DNA from: Eledone cirrhosa
Lineage: Eukaryota
DNA length: 64,000 bases
Assembly (NCBI GenBank): GCA_964016885.1
Contig: OZ024744.1
Span: 128,402,001-128,466,000, forward strand
Direction: 5' to 3'
In this document: piece after piece, positions 25,801 to 38,200 of the stretch
Numbering within the stretch: position 1 is the first letter of the stretch
Layout of the letters: every line of letters starts with the position of its first letter
Notes under the pieces: generated by a model
Told to the model about the DNA's origin: nothing
Seen by the model: only the letters and a program-made list of their open reading frames with translations
Databases searched by the model: none
Made by a program: the position numbers and the translations under genes

Positions 25801-28800
25801 AAGTTGGGGTTAAGTTAAGATGGGGTTAAGCTAAGTTGGGGTTAAGTTAAATTGAGGTTAAGTTAACTTGGGTTTGAGTTAAGTTGGGGTTAAGTTAAGT
25901 TGGGGTTAAGTTAAGTTGGGGTTAATTTAAGTTGGGGTTAAATTAAGTTGGGGTTAAGTTAAGTTGGGGTTAAGTTAAGTTGGAGTTAAATTAAGTTGGG
26001 GTTAAGTTAAGTTGAGGTTGAGTTAATTTGGGGTTAAGTTAAGTTGGGGTTAACTTAAGTTGGGGTTAATTTAAGTTGGGGTTAAGTTACGTTGGGGGTA
26101 AGTTAAGTTGGGGGCAAGTTGAGTTGGGGTTAAGTTAAGTTGGGTTTAAGTTAAGTTGGGGCTAAGTTAAGTTGGGGCTAAGTTAAGTTGGGGCTGAGTT
26201 AAGTTGGGGTTAAGTTAAGTTGGGGTTGAGTTAAGTTGGGGTTAACTTAAGTTGGGGTTAAGTTGGGGTTAAGTTAAGTTGGGGTTAAATTAAGTTGGGG
26301 GTTAGTTAAGTTGGGGCAAGTTAAGTTGGGGTTAATTTAAGTTGGGGTTAATTTAAGTTGGGGTTATGTTAAGTTGGGGTTAAGTTAAGTTGGGGTTAAG
26401 TTAAGTTGGGGGTAAGTTAAGTTGGGGTTAAGTTAAGTTGGGGGTAAGTTAAGTTGAGGGTAAGTGAAGTTGGGGTTAAGTCAAGTTGGGGTTAAGTTAA
26501 GTTGGGGTTAAGTTAAGTTGGGGTTGAGTTAAGTTGGGGTTGAGTTAAGTTGGGGTTAAGTTAAGTTGGGTGTAAGTTAAGTTGGGGTTAAGTTAAGTTG
26601 GGGTTAAGTTAAGTTGGGGTTAAGTTAAGTTGGGGGTAAGTTAAGTTGGGGGCAAGTTAAGTTGGGGTTAAGTTAAGTTGGGGTTAAGTTAAGTTGGGGT
26701 TAAGTTAAGTTGGGGTTAAGTTAAGTTGGGGTTAAGTTAAGTTGGGGGTAAGTTAAGTTGGGGTTAAGTTAAGTTGGGGTTAAATTAAGTTGAGGTTAAG
26801 TTAATTTGGGGTTAAGTTAAGTTGGGGTTAAATTAAGTTGGGGGTAAGATAAGTTGGGGCTAAGTTAAGTTGGGGCTAAGTCAAGTTGGGGTTAAGTCAA
26901 GTTGAGGTTAACTTAAGTTGGGGTTAAGTTAAGTTGGGGTTAAGTTAAGTTGGGGTTAAGGTAAGGTGGGGTTAAGTTAAGTTGGGGTTAAGTTAGGTTG
27001 GGGTTAAGTTAAGTTGGGGTTAAGTTAAGTTAGGGTTAATTTCAGTTGGGGTTATGTTAAGTTGGGGTTAAGTTAAGTTGGGGTTAAGTTAAGTTGAGGT
27101 TAAGTTAAGTTGGAGTTAAGTTAAGTTGGGGTTAAGCTAAGTTGGGGTTAAGTTAATTTGCGGTTAAGTTAGGTTGTGGGTTAAGTTAAGTTGGGGTTAA
27201 GTTAAGCTGGGGTTAAGTTAGGGTAAGTTAAGTTGGGGTTAAGTTAAGTTGGGGTTAAGTTAGGTTGGGGTTAAGTTAAGTTGGGGTTGAGTTAAGTTGG
27301 GGTTGAGTTAAGTTGGGGTTAAGTTAAGTTGGGGTTAAGTTAAGTTGGGGTTAAGTTAAGTTGGGGTTAAGTTAAGTTGGGGTTAAGTTAAGTTGGGGGC
27401 AAGTTAAGTTGGGGTTAATTTAAGTTGAGGTTAAGTTAAGTTGGTGTTAAGTTAAGTTGGGGCTAAGTTAAGTTGGGGCTGAGTTAAGTTGGGGCTGAGT
27501 TAAGTTGCAGTTAAGTTAAGTTGGGGTTGAGTTAAGTTGCGGTTAAGTTAAGTTGGGGTTAAGTTAAGTTGGGGTTAAGTTAAGTTGGGGTTAAGTTAAG
27601 TTGGGGTTAAGGTAAGTTGGGGTTAAGTTAAGTTGGGGTTAAGTTCAGTTGGGGTTAAGTTAAGTTGGGGTTAAGTTCAGTTGGGGTTAAGTTAAGTTGG
27701 GGTTGAGTTAAGTTGGGGTTTAATTAAGTTGGGGTTGAGTTAAGTTGGGGTTGAGTTAAGTTGGGGTTGAGTTAAGTTGGGGTTGAGTTAAGTTGGGGTT
27801 AAGTTAAGTTGGGGTTAAATTAAGATGGATTTAAGTTAAGTTGGGGTTAAGTTAAGTTGGGGTTAAGTTAAGTTGGGGTAAAGTTAAGTTGGGGTTAAGT
27901 TAAGTTGAGGTTAAATTAACTTGGGGTTAAGTTAAGTTGGGGTTAAGTTAAGTTGGGGTTGAGTTAAGTTGGGGTTGAGTTAAGTTGGGGTTAAGTTAAG
28001 TTGAGGTTAACTTAAGTTGGGGTTAAGTTAAGTTTGGGTTAATTTAAGTTGGGGTTAAGTTGAGTTGGGGTTAAGCTAAGTTGGGGTTTATTTAAATTGA
28101 GGTTAAGTTAACTTGGGTTTGAGTTAAGTTGGGGTTAAGTTAAGTTGGGGTTAAGTTAAGTTGAGGTTAAGTTAAGTTGGGGTTAAGTTAAGTTGGGGTT
28201 AAGTTAAGTTGGGGTTAATTTAAGTTGGGGGTAAGTTAAGTTGGGGGCAAGTTAAGTTGGGGTTAAGTTAAGTTGGGGTTAAGTTAAGTTGCGGTTAAGT
28301 TAAGTTGGGGTTAAGTTAAGTTGGGGTTAAGTTAAGTTGGGGTTCATTTAAGTTGGGGTTAAATTAAGTTGGGGTTAAGTTAAGTTGGGGTTAAGTTAAG
28401 TTGGGGTTATGTTAAGTTGGGGTTAAGTTAAGTTGGGGTTAAGTTAGGTTTGGGTTAAGTTAAGTTGGGGTCAAGTTAAGTTGGGGTTAAGTTAAGTTGG
28501 GCTTAAGTTAAGTTGGGGTTAAGTTAAGTTGGGGTTAAGTTAAGTTGGGGTTAAGTTAAGTTGGGGTTAAGTTAAGTCGGGGTTAAGTTAAGTTGGGGTT
28601 AAGTTAAGTTGGGGTTAAGCTAAGTTGGGGTTAAGTTAAATTGAGGTTAATTTAACTCGGGTTTGAGTTAAGTTGGGGTTAAGTTAAGTTGGGGTTAAGT
28701 TAAGTTGGGGTTAATTTAAGATGGGGTTAAATTAAGTTGGGGTTAAGTTAAGTTGGGGTTAAGTTAAGTTGAGGTTGAGTTAAGTTGGGGTTGAGTTAAG

Positions 28801-31800
28801 TTGGGGTTAAGTTAAGTTGGGGTTAAGTTAAGATGGGGTTAAGCTAAGTTGGGGTTAAGTTAAATTGAGGTTAAGTTAACTTGGGTTTGAGTTAAGTTGG
28901 GGTTAAGTTAAGTTGGGGTTAAGTTAAGTTGGGGTTAAGTTAAGTTGGGGTTGAGTTAAGTTGAGGTTAAGTTAAGTCGGGGTTAAGTTAAGTTGAGGTT
29001 GAGTTAAGTTGGGGTTGAGTTAAGTTGGGGTTAAGTTAAGTTGGGGTTAAGTTAAGATGGATTTAAGTTAAGTTGGGGTAAAGTTAAGTTTGGGTTAATT
29101 TAAGTTGGGGTTAAGTTAAGTTGGGGTTGAATTAAGTTGGGGTTGAGTTAAGTTGGGGTTAAGTTAAGTTGAGGTTAACTTAAGTTGGGGTTAAGTTAAG
29201 TTTGGGTTAATTTAAGTTGGGGTTAAGTTAAGTTGGGGTTAAGCTAAGTTGGGGTTTATTTAAATTGAGGTTAAGTTAACTTGGGTTTGAGTTAAGTTGG
29301 GGTTAAGTTAAGTTGGGGTTAAGTTAAGTTGGGGTTAAGTTAAGTCGGGGTTAAGTTAAGTTGAGGTTGAGTTAAGTTGGGGTTGAGTTAAGTTGGGGTT
29401 AAGTTAAGTTGGGGTTAAGTTAAGATGGATTTAAGTTAATTGGGGTCTAGTTAAGTTGGGGTTAAGTTAAGTTGGGGTAAAGTTAAGTTGGGGTTAATTT
29501 AAGTTGAGGTTAAGTTAACTTGGGGTTAAGTTAAGTTGGCGTTAAGTTAAGTTGGGGTTGAGTTAAGTTGGGGTTAAGTTAAGTTGGGGTTAACTTAAGT
29601 TGGGGTTAAGTTAAGTTGGGGTTGAGTTAAGTTTGGGTTAAGTTAAGTTGGGGTTAAGCTAAGTTGGGGTTAAGTTAAATTGAGGTTAAGTTAAGTTGGG
29701 GTTGAGTTAAGTTGGGGTTACGTTAAGTTGGGGTTGAGTTAAGTTGAGGTTAAGTTAAGTTGGGGTTAAGTTAAGTTGGGGTTAAGTTAAGTTGGGGTTC
29801 AGTTAAGTTGGGGTTAAGTTAAGTTGGGGTTGAGTTAAGTTGGCGTTTAATTAAGTTGGGGTTGAGTTAAGTTGGGGTTGAGTTAAGTTGGGGTTGAGTT
29901 AAGTTGGGGTTAAGTTAAGATGGATTTAAGTTAAGTTGGGGTTAAATTAAGTTGGGGTTAAGTTAAGTTGGGGTAAAGTTAAGTTGGGGTTAAGTTAAGT
30001 TGATGTTAAGTTAACTTGGGGTTAAGTTAAGTTCGGGTTAAGTTAAGTTGGGGTAGAGTTAAATTGAGGTTAAGTTAACTTTGGTTTCAGTTAAGTTGGG
30101 GTTAAGTTAAGTTGGGGTTAAGTTAAGTTGGGGTTAATTTAAGTTGGGGTTAAATTAAGTTGGAGTTAAGCTAAGTTGGGGTTTATTTAAATTGAGGTTA
30201 AGTTAACTTGGGTTTGAGTTAAGTTGGGGTTAAGTTAAGTTGGGGTTAAGTTAACTTGGGTTTGAGTTAAGTTGGGGTTAAGTTAAGTTGGGGTTAAGTT
30301 AAGTTGGGGTTAATTTAAGTTGGGGTTAAATTAAGTTGGGGTTAAGTTAAGTTGGGGTTAAGTTAAGTTGAGGTTGAGTTAAGTTGGGGTTGAATTAAGT
30401 TGGGGTTAAGTTAAGTTGGGGTTAAGTTAAGATGGGGTTAAGCTAAGTTGGGGTTAAGTTAAATTGAGGTTAAGTTAACTTGGGTTTGAGTTAAGTTGGG
30501 GTTAAGTTAAGTTGGGGTTAAGTTAAGTTGGGGTTAATTTAAGTTGGGGTTAAATTAAGTTGGGGTTAAGTTAAGTTGGGGTTAAGTTAAGTTGGAGTTA
30601 AATTAAGTTGGGGTTAAGTTAAGTTGAGGTTGAGTTAATTTGGGGTTAAGTTAAGTTGGGGTTAACTTAAGTTGGGGTTAATTTAAGTTGGGGTTAAGTT
30701 AAGTTGGGGGTAAGTTAAGTTGGGGGCAAGTTGAGTTGGGGTTAAGTTAAGTTGGGTTTAAGTTAAGTTGGGGCTAAGTTAAGTTGGGGCTAAGTTAAGT
30801 TGGGGCTGAGTTAAGTTGGGGTTAAGTTAAGTTGGGGTTGAGTTAAGTTGGGGTTAACTTAAGTTGGGGTTAAGTTGGGGTTAAGTTAAGTTGGGGTTAA
30901 ATTAAGTTGGGGGTTAGTTAAGTTGGGGCAAGTTAAGTTGGGGTTAATTTAAGTTGGGGTTAATTTAAGTTGGGGTTATGTTAAGTTGGGGTTAAGTTAA
31001 GTTGGGGTTAAGTTAAGTTGGGGGTAAGTTAAGTTGGGGTTAAGTTAAGTTGGGGGTAAGTTAAGTTGAGGGTAAGTCAAGTTGGGGTTAAGTCAAGTTG
31101 GGGTTAAGTTAAGTTGGGGGTAAGTTAAGTTGGGGGCAAGTTAAGTTGGGGTTAAGTTAAGTTGGGGTTGAGTTAAGTTGGGGTTGAGTTAAGTTGGGGT
31201 TAAGTTAAGTTGGGTGTAAGTTAAGTTGGGGTTAAGTTAAGTTGGGGTTAAGTTAAGTTGGGGTTAAGTTAAGTTGGGGGTAAGTTAAGTTGGGGGCAAG
31301 TTAAGTTGGGGTTAAGTTAAGTTGGGGTTAAGTTAAGTTGGGGTTAAGTTAAGTTGGGGTTAAGTTAAGTTGGGGTTAAGTTAAGTTGGGGTTAAATTAA
31401 GTTGAGGTTAAGTTAATTTGGGGTTAAGTTAAGTTGGGGTTAAATTAAGTTGGGGGTAAGATAAGTTGGGGCTAAGTTAAGTTGGGGCTAAGTCAAGTTG
31501 GGGTTAAGTCAAGTTGAGGTTAACTTAAGTTGGGGTTAAGTTAAGTTGGGGTTAAGTTAAGTTGGGGTTAAGGTAAGGTGGGGTTAAGTTAAGTTGGGGT
31601 TAAGTTAAGTTGGGGTTAAGTTAAGTTGGGGTTAAGTTAAGTTAGGGTTAATTTCAGTTGGGGTTATGTTAAGTTGGGGTTAAGTTAAGTTGGGGTTAAG
31701 TTAAGTTGAGGTTAAGTTAAGTTGGAGTTAAGTTAAGTTGGGGTTAAGCTAAGTTGGGGTTAAGTTAATTTGCGGTTAAGTTAGGTTGTGGGTTAAGTTA

Positions 31801-32200
31801 AGTTGGGGTTAAGTTAAGCTGGGGTTAAGTTAGGGTAAGTTAAGTTGGGGTTAAGTTAAGTTGGGGTTAAGTTAGGTTGGGGTTAAGTTAAGTTGGGGTT
31901 GAGTTAAGTTGGGGTTGAGTTAAGTTGGGGTTAAGTTAAGTTGGGGTTAAGTTAAGTTGGGGTTAAGTTAAGTTGGGGTTAAGTTAAGTTGGGGTTAAGT
32001 TAAGTTGGGGGCAAGTTAAGTTGGGGTTAATTTAAGTTGAGGTTAAGTTAAGTTGGTGTTAAGTTAAGTTGGGGCTAAGTTAAGTTGGGGCTGAGTTAAG
32101 TTGGGGCTGAGTTAAGTTGCAGTTAAGTTAAGTTGGGGTTGAGTTAAGTTGCGGTTAAGTTAAGTTGGGGTTAAGTTAAGTTGGGGTTAAGTTAAGTTGG
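22900..32200 (+). repeat. Tandem duplication with ~4.6-4.7-kb period (~22.9-27.6 kb and ~27.6-32.2 kb)
   Basis: CTCGGG at 23931/28656 (offset 4,725), GTCTAG at 24801/29445 (4,644), TAGAG at 25442/30054 (4,612), TTGCAG at ~27507/32119 (4,612). The offset shrinks through monomer-scale indels. Confidence 0.88.
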
Positions 32201-35200
32201 GGTTTATTTAAGTTGGGGTTCAGTTAATTTGGGGTTAAGTTAAGTTTGGGTTAAGTTGGGGTTAAATTAAGTTGGGGTTAAATTAAGTTGGGGTTAAGCT
32301 AATTTGGGGTTAAGTTAAGTTGGGGTTAATTTAAGTTGGGGTTAAGTTAAGTTGCGGGTAATTTAAGTCGGGGTTAAGTTAAGTTGGGGTTAAGTTAAGT
32401 TGGGGTTAAGTTAAGGTGGGGTTTAGTTAAGTTGGGGTTAAGTTAAGTTGGGGGTAAGTTAAGTTGGGGGTAAGTTAAGTTGGGGGTAAGTTAAGTTGGG
32501 GTTAAGTTAAGTCGGGGTTAAGTTAAGTTGGGGTTAAGTTAAGTTGGGGTTAATTTAAGTTAGGGTTAAGTTAAGTTGGGGGTAAGTTAAGTTGGGGGTA
32601 AGTTAAGTTAGGGTTAAGTTAAGTTGGGGTTGAGTTAAGTTGGGGTTAAGTTAAGTTGGGGTTATGTTAAGTTGGGGTTAAGTTAAGTTGGGGTTAAGTT
32701 AAGTTGGGGTTAAGTTAAGTTGCGGTTAAGTTAAGTTGGGGTTAAATTAAGTTGGGGTTAAGTTAAGTTGGGATTAAGTTAAGTTGGGGTTAAGTTAAGT
32801 TGGGGTTAAGTTAAGTTGGGGTTAAGTTAGATTGTTGTTAAGTTAAGTTGGGGTTAAGTTAAGTTGGGGTTAAGTTAAGTTGGGGTTAATTTAAGTTGGG
32901 GTTAAGTTATGTCGGGGTTAAGTTGAGTTGGGGTTAAGTTAAGTTGGGGTTAAGTTAAGTTGGGGTTAAGTTAAGTTGGGGTTAAGATAAGTTGGGGTTA
33001 AGTTAAGTTGGGGTTAAATTAAGTTCGGGTTAAGTTAATTTGGGGTTGACTTAAGTTGGGGTTAACGTAAGTTGGGATTAAGTTAAGTTGGGGTTAAGTT
33101 AAGTTGGGGTTAAATTAAGTTCGGGTTAAGTTAAGTTGGGGTTAAGTTAAGTTGGGGTTAAGTTAAGTTGGGGTTAAGTTAGGTTGGGGTTAAGTTAAGT
33201 TGGGGGTAAGTTAAGTTGGGGTTAAGTTAAGTTGGGGTTAAGTTAAGTTGGGGGTAAGTTAAGTTGGGGGTAAGTTAAGTTGGGGTTAATTTAAGTTGGG
33301 TCGAATTAAGTTGGTGTTAAGTTAAGTTGGGGTTAAGTTAAGTTGGGGTTAAGTTAAGTTGGGGTTAAGTTAAGATGGGGTTTAGTTAAGTTGGGGTTAA
33401 GTTAAGTTGGGGTTACGTTAAGTTGGGGGTAAGTTAAGTTGGTGGTAAGTTAAGTTGGGGGTAAGTTAAGATGGGATTAAATTAAGTTGGGGTTAAGTTA
33501 ATTTGGGGTTGACTTAATTTGGGGTTGACTTAAGTTGGGGTTAACTTAAGTTGGGGTTAAGTTAAGATGGGGTTTAGTTAAGTTGGGGTTAGGTTAAGTT
33601 GGGGTTTAGTTAAGTTGGGGTTAAGTTAATTTGGGGTTAAGTTAAGTTGGTGGTAAGTTAAGTTGGGGGTAAGTTAAGTTGGGGGTAAGTTAAGTTGGGG
33701 TTAATTTAAGTTGGGTCGAATTAAGTTGGTGTTAAGTTAAGTTGGGGTTAAGTTAAGTTGGGGTTAAGTTAAGTTGGGGTTAAGTTAAGTTGGGGGTAAG
33801 TTAAGTTGGGGGTAAGTTAAGTTGGGGTTAATTTAAGTTGGGTCGAATTAAGTTGGTGTTAAGTTAAGTTGGGGTTAAGTTAAGTTGGGGTTAAGTTAAG
33901 TTGGGGTTGAGTTAAGTCGGGGTTAAGTTAAGTTGGGGTTATGTTAAGTTGGGGTTAAATTAAGTTGGGGTTAAGTTAAGTTGGGGTTCAATTAAGTTGC
34001 GGTTAATTTAAGTTGGGGTTAAGTTAAGTTGGGGTTAAGTTAAGTTGGGGTTAAGTTAAGTTGGGGTTAAATTAAGTTGGGGTTAAATTAAGTTGGGGTT
34101 AAGTTAAGTTGGGGTTATGTTAAGTTGGTGTTAAGTTAAGTTGGGGTTAAGTTAAGTTGGGGTTAAGTTAAGTTGGGGTTAAGTTAGGTTGGTGTTAAGT
34201 TAAGTTGGGGGTAAGTTAAGTTGGGGGTAAGTTAAGTTGGTGTTAAGTTAAGTTGGGGTTAAGTTAAGTTGGGGTTAAGTTAAGTTGGGTTTAAGTTAAG
34301 TTGGGGCTAAGTTAAGTTAGGGCTAAGTTAAGTTGGGGTTAAGTAAAGTTAGGGCTAAGTTAAGTTGGGTTAAGTTAAGTTGGGGTTAATTTAACTTGGG
34401 GTTACATTAAGTTGAGGTTAAGTTAAGTTGGTGTTAAGTTAAGTTGGGGTTAATTTAAGTTGGGGTTAATTAAGTTGGGGTTAATTTAAGTTGGGGTTAA
34501 GTTAAGTTGGGGTTAATTTCAGTTGGGGTTGAGTTAAGTTGGGGTTAAGTTTAGTTGGGGTTAATTTAAGTTGGGGTTGAGTTAAGTTGGGGTTAAGTTA
34601 AGTTGGGGTTAAGTTATGTTCGGGTTAAGTTAAGTTGGTGTTAAGTTAAGTTAGGGTTAAGTTAAGTTGCGGCTAAGTTAAGTTGGGTCTAAGTTAAGTT
34701 GGGGTTAAGTTAAGTTGGGGTTAAGTTAAGTGAGGGTTAATTTAAGTTGGGGTTATTTTAAGTTGGGGTTAAGTTAAGTTGGGGTTAAGTTAGGTTGGTG
34801 TTAAGTTAAGTTGCGGCTAAGTTAAGTTGGGTTTAAGTTAAGTTGGGGCTAAGTTAAGTTAGGGCTAAGTTAAGTTGGGGCTGAGTTAAGTTGGGGTTAA
34901 GTTAAGTTGGGGTTGAGTTAAGTTGGGGCTAAGTTAAGTTGGGGTTTAGTTAAGTTGGGGTTAAGTTAAGGTGGGGTTAAGTTAAGTTGGGGTCAACTAA
35001 AGTTGGGGTTAAGTTAAGTTGGGGTTAACTTAAGTTGGGGTTAAATTAAGTTGGGGTTAAGTTAAGTTGGGGTTAAGTTAAGTTGGGGTTAAGTTAAGTT
35101 GCGGGTAATTTAAGTTGGGGTTAAGTTAAGTTGGGGTTAAGTTAAGTTGGGGGTAAGTTAAGTTGGGGGTAAGTTAAGTTGGGGTTAAGTTAAGTTAGGG

Positions 35201-38200
35201 TTAAGTTAAGTTGGGGTTGAGTTAAGTTGGGGTTAAGTTAAGTTGGGGTTATGTTAAGTTGGGGTTAAGTTAAGTTGGGGTTAATTTAAGTTGGGGTTAA
35301 GTTAAGTTGCGGTTAAGTTAAGTTGGGGTTAAATTAAGTTGGGGTTAAGTTAAGTTGGGATTAAGTTAAGTTGGGGTTAAGTTAAGTTGGGGTTAAGTTA
35401 GATTGTTGTTAAGTTAAGTTGGGGTTAAGTTAAGTTGGGGTTAATTTAAGTTGGGGTTAATTTAAGTTGGGTCTAATTAAGTTGGGGTTAAGTTAAGTTG
35501 GGGTTAAGTTAAGTTGGGGTTAAGTTAAGTTGGGGTTAAGTTAAGTTGCGTTTACGTTAAGTTGGGGGTAAGTTAAGTTGGTGGTAAGTTAAGTTGGGGG
35601 TAAGTTAAGATGGGGTTAAGTTAAGTTGGGGTTAATTTAATTTGGGGTTAAGTTAAGTTAGGGTTAAGTTAAGTTGGGGTTGAGTTAAGTCGGGGTTCAG
35701 TTAAGTTGGGGTTATGTTAAGTTGGGGTTAAGTTAAGTTGGGGTTAAGTTAAGTTGGGGTTCAATTAAGTTGCGGGTAATTTAAGTTGGGGTTAAGTTAA
35801 GTTGGGGGTACGTTAAGTTGGGGGTAAGTTAAGTTGGGGTTAAGTTAAGTTGGGGTTAAGTTAAGTCGGGGTTAATTTAAGTTGCGGTTAAGTTAAGTTG
35901 GGGTTAAGTTAAGTTGGGGTTAAGTTAAGTTGGGATTAAGTTAAGTTGGGGTTAAGTTAAGTTGGGGTTGAGTTAAGTTGGGGTTAAGTTAGATTATTGT
36001 TAATTTATTTTGGGGTTAAGTTAAGTTGGGGTTAAGTTAAGTTGGGGTTAATTTAAGTTGGGGTTAAGTTAAGTGGGGGTTAAGTTGAGTTGGGGTTAAG
36101 TTAAGTTGGGGTTAAGTTAAGTTGGGGTTAAGATAAGTTGGGGTTAAGTTAAGTTGGGGTTGAGTTAAGTTCGGGTTGAGTTAATTTGGGGTTAACTTAA
36201 GTTGGGGTTAACTTAAGTTGGGGTTAAGTTAAGTTGGGTTTATGTTAAGTTGGGGATAAGTTAAGTTGGGGTTAAGTTAAGTTGGGGTTCAATTAAGTTG
36301 CGGTTAATTTAAGTTGGGGTTAAGTTAAGTTGGGGTTAAGTTAAGTTGGGGTTAAGTTAAGTTGGGGTTAAATTAAGTTAGGGCTAAGTTAAGTTGAGGT
36401 TATGTTAAGTTGGTGTTAAGTTAGGTTGGTGTTAAGTTAAGTTGGGGGTAAGTTAAGTTGGGGGTAAGTTAAGTTGGTGTTAAGTTAAGTTGGGGTTAAG
36501 TTAAGTTGGGGTTAATTTAAGTTGGGGTTAAGTTAAGTTGGGTTTAAGTTAAGTTGGGTCTAAGTTAAGTTGGGGTTAAGTTAAGTTGAGGTTAAGTTAA
36601 GTTGGGATTAAGTTAAGTTGGGGTTAAGTTAAGTTGGGGTTAAGTTAAGTTGGGGTTAAGTTAGGTTGGGGTCAAGTTATGTTGGGGGTAAGTTAAGTTG
36701 GGGGTAAGTTAAGTTGGGGTTAGGTTAAGTTGGGGTTAAGTTAAGTTGGGGTTAAGTTAAGTTGGGGTTACGTTAAGTTGGGGGTGAGTTAAGTTGGTGG
36801 TAAGTTAAGTTGGGGGTAAGTTAAGATGGGGTTAAGTTAAGTTGGGGTTAATTTAATTTGGGGTTAAGTTAAGTTAGGGTTAAGTTAAGTTGGGGTTGAG
36901 TTAAGTTGGGGTTAAGTTAAGTTGGGGTTATGTTAAGTTGGGGATAAGTTAAGTTGGGGTTAAGTTAAGTTGGGGTTCAATTAAGTTGCGGTTAATTTAA
37001 GTTGGGGTTAAGTTAAGTTCGGGTTAAGTTAAGTTGGGGTTAAGTTAAGTTGGGGTTAAATTAAGTTAGGGCTAAGTTAAGTTGAGGTTATGTTAAGTTG
37101 GTGTTAAGTTAAGTTGGGGTTAAGTTAAGTTGGGGTTAAGTTAAGTTGGGGTTAAGTTAAGTTGGGTTTAAGTTAAGTTGGGGCTAAGTTAAGTTGGGGT
37201 TAAGTTAAGTTGGGGTTAAGTTAAGTTGGGGTAAAGTTAAGTTGGGGTTAAGTTAAGTTCGGGTTAAGTTAAGTTGGGGTAGAGTTAAATTGAGGTTAAG
37301 TTAACTTTGGTTTCAGTTAAGTTGGGGTTAAGTTAAGTTGGGGTTAAGTTAAGTTGGGGTTAATTTAAGTTGGGGTTAAATTAAGTTGGAGTTAAGCTAA
37401 GTTGGGGTTTATTTAAATTGAGGTTAAGTTAACTTGGGTTTGAGTTAAGTTGGGGTTAAGTTAAGTTGGGGTTAAGTTAACTTGGGTTTGAGTTAAGTTG
37501 GGGTTAAGTTAAGTTGGGGTTAAGTTAAGTTGGGGTTAAATTAAGTTGGGGTTAAGTTAAGTTGGGGTTAAGTTAAGTTGAGGTTGAGTTAAGTTGGGGT
37601 TGAATTAAGTTGGGGTTAAGTTAAGTTGGGGTTAAGTTAAGATGGGGTTAAGCTAAGTTGGGGTTAAGTTAAATTGAGGTTAAGTTAACTTGGGTTTGAG
37701 TTAAGTTGGGGTTAAGTTAAGTTGGGGTTAAGTTAAGTTGGGGTTAATTTAAGTTGGGGTTAAATTAAGTTGGGGTTAAGTTAAGTTGGGGTTAAGTTAA
37801 GTTGGAGTTAAGTTAAGTTGGGGTTAAGTTAAGTTGAGGTTGAGTTAATTTGGGGTTAAGTTAAGTTGGGGTTAACTTAAGTTGGGGTTAATTTAAGTTG
37901 GGGTTAAGTTAAGTTGGGGGTAAGTTAAGTTGGGGGCAAGTTGAGTTGGGGTTAAGTTAAGTTGGGTTTAAGTTAAGTTGGGGCTAAGTTAAGTTGGGGC
38001 TAAGTTAAGTTGGGGCTGAGTTAAGTTGGGGTTAAGTTAAGTTGGGGTTGAGTTAAGTTGGGGTTAACTTAAGTTGGGGTTAAGTTGGGGTTAAGTTAAG
38101 TTGGGGTTAAATTAAGTTGGGGGTTAGTTAAGTTGGGGCAAGTTAAGTTGGGGTTAATTTAAGTTGGGGTTAATTTAAGTTGGGGTTATGTTAAGTTGGG

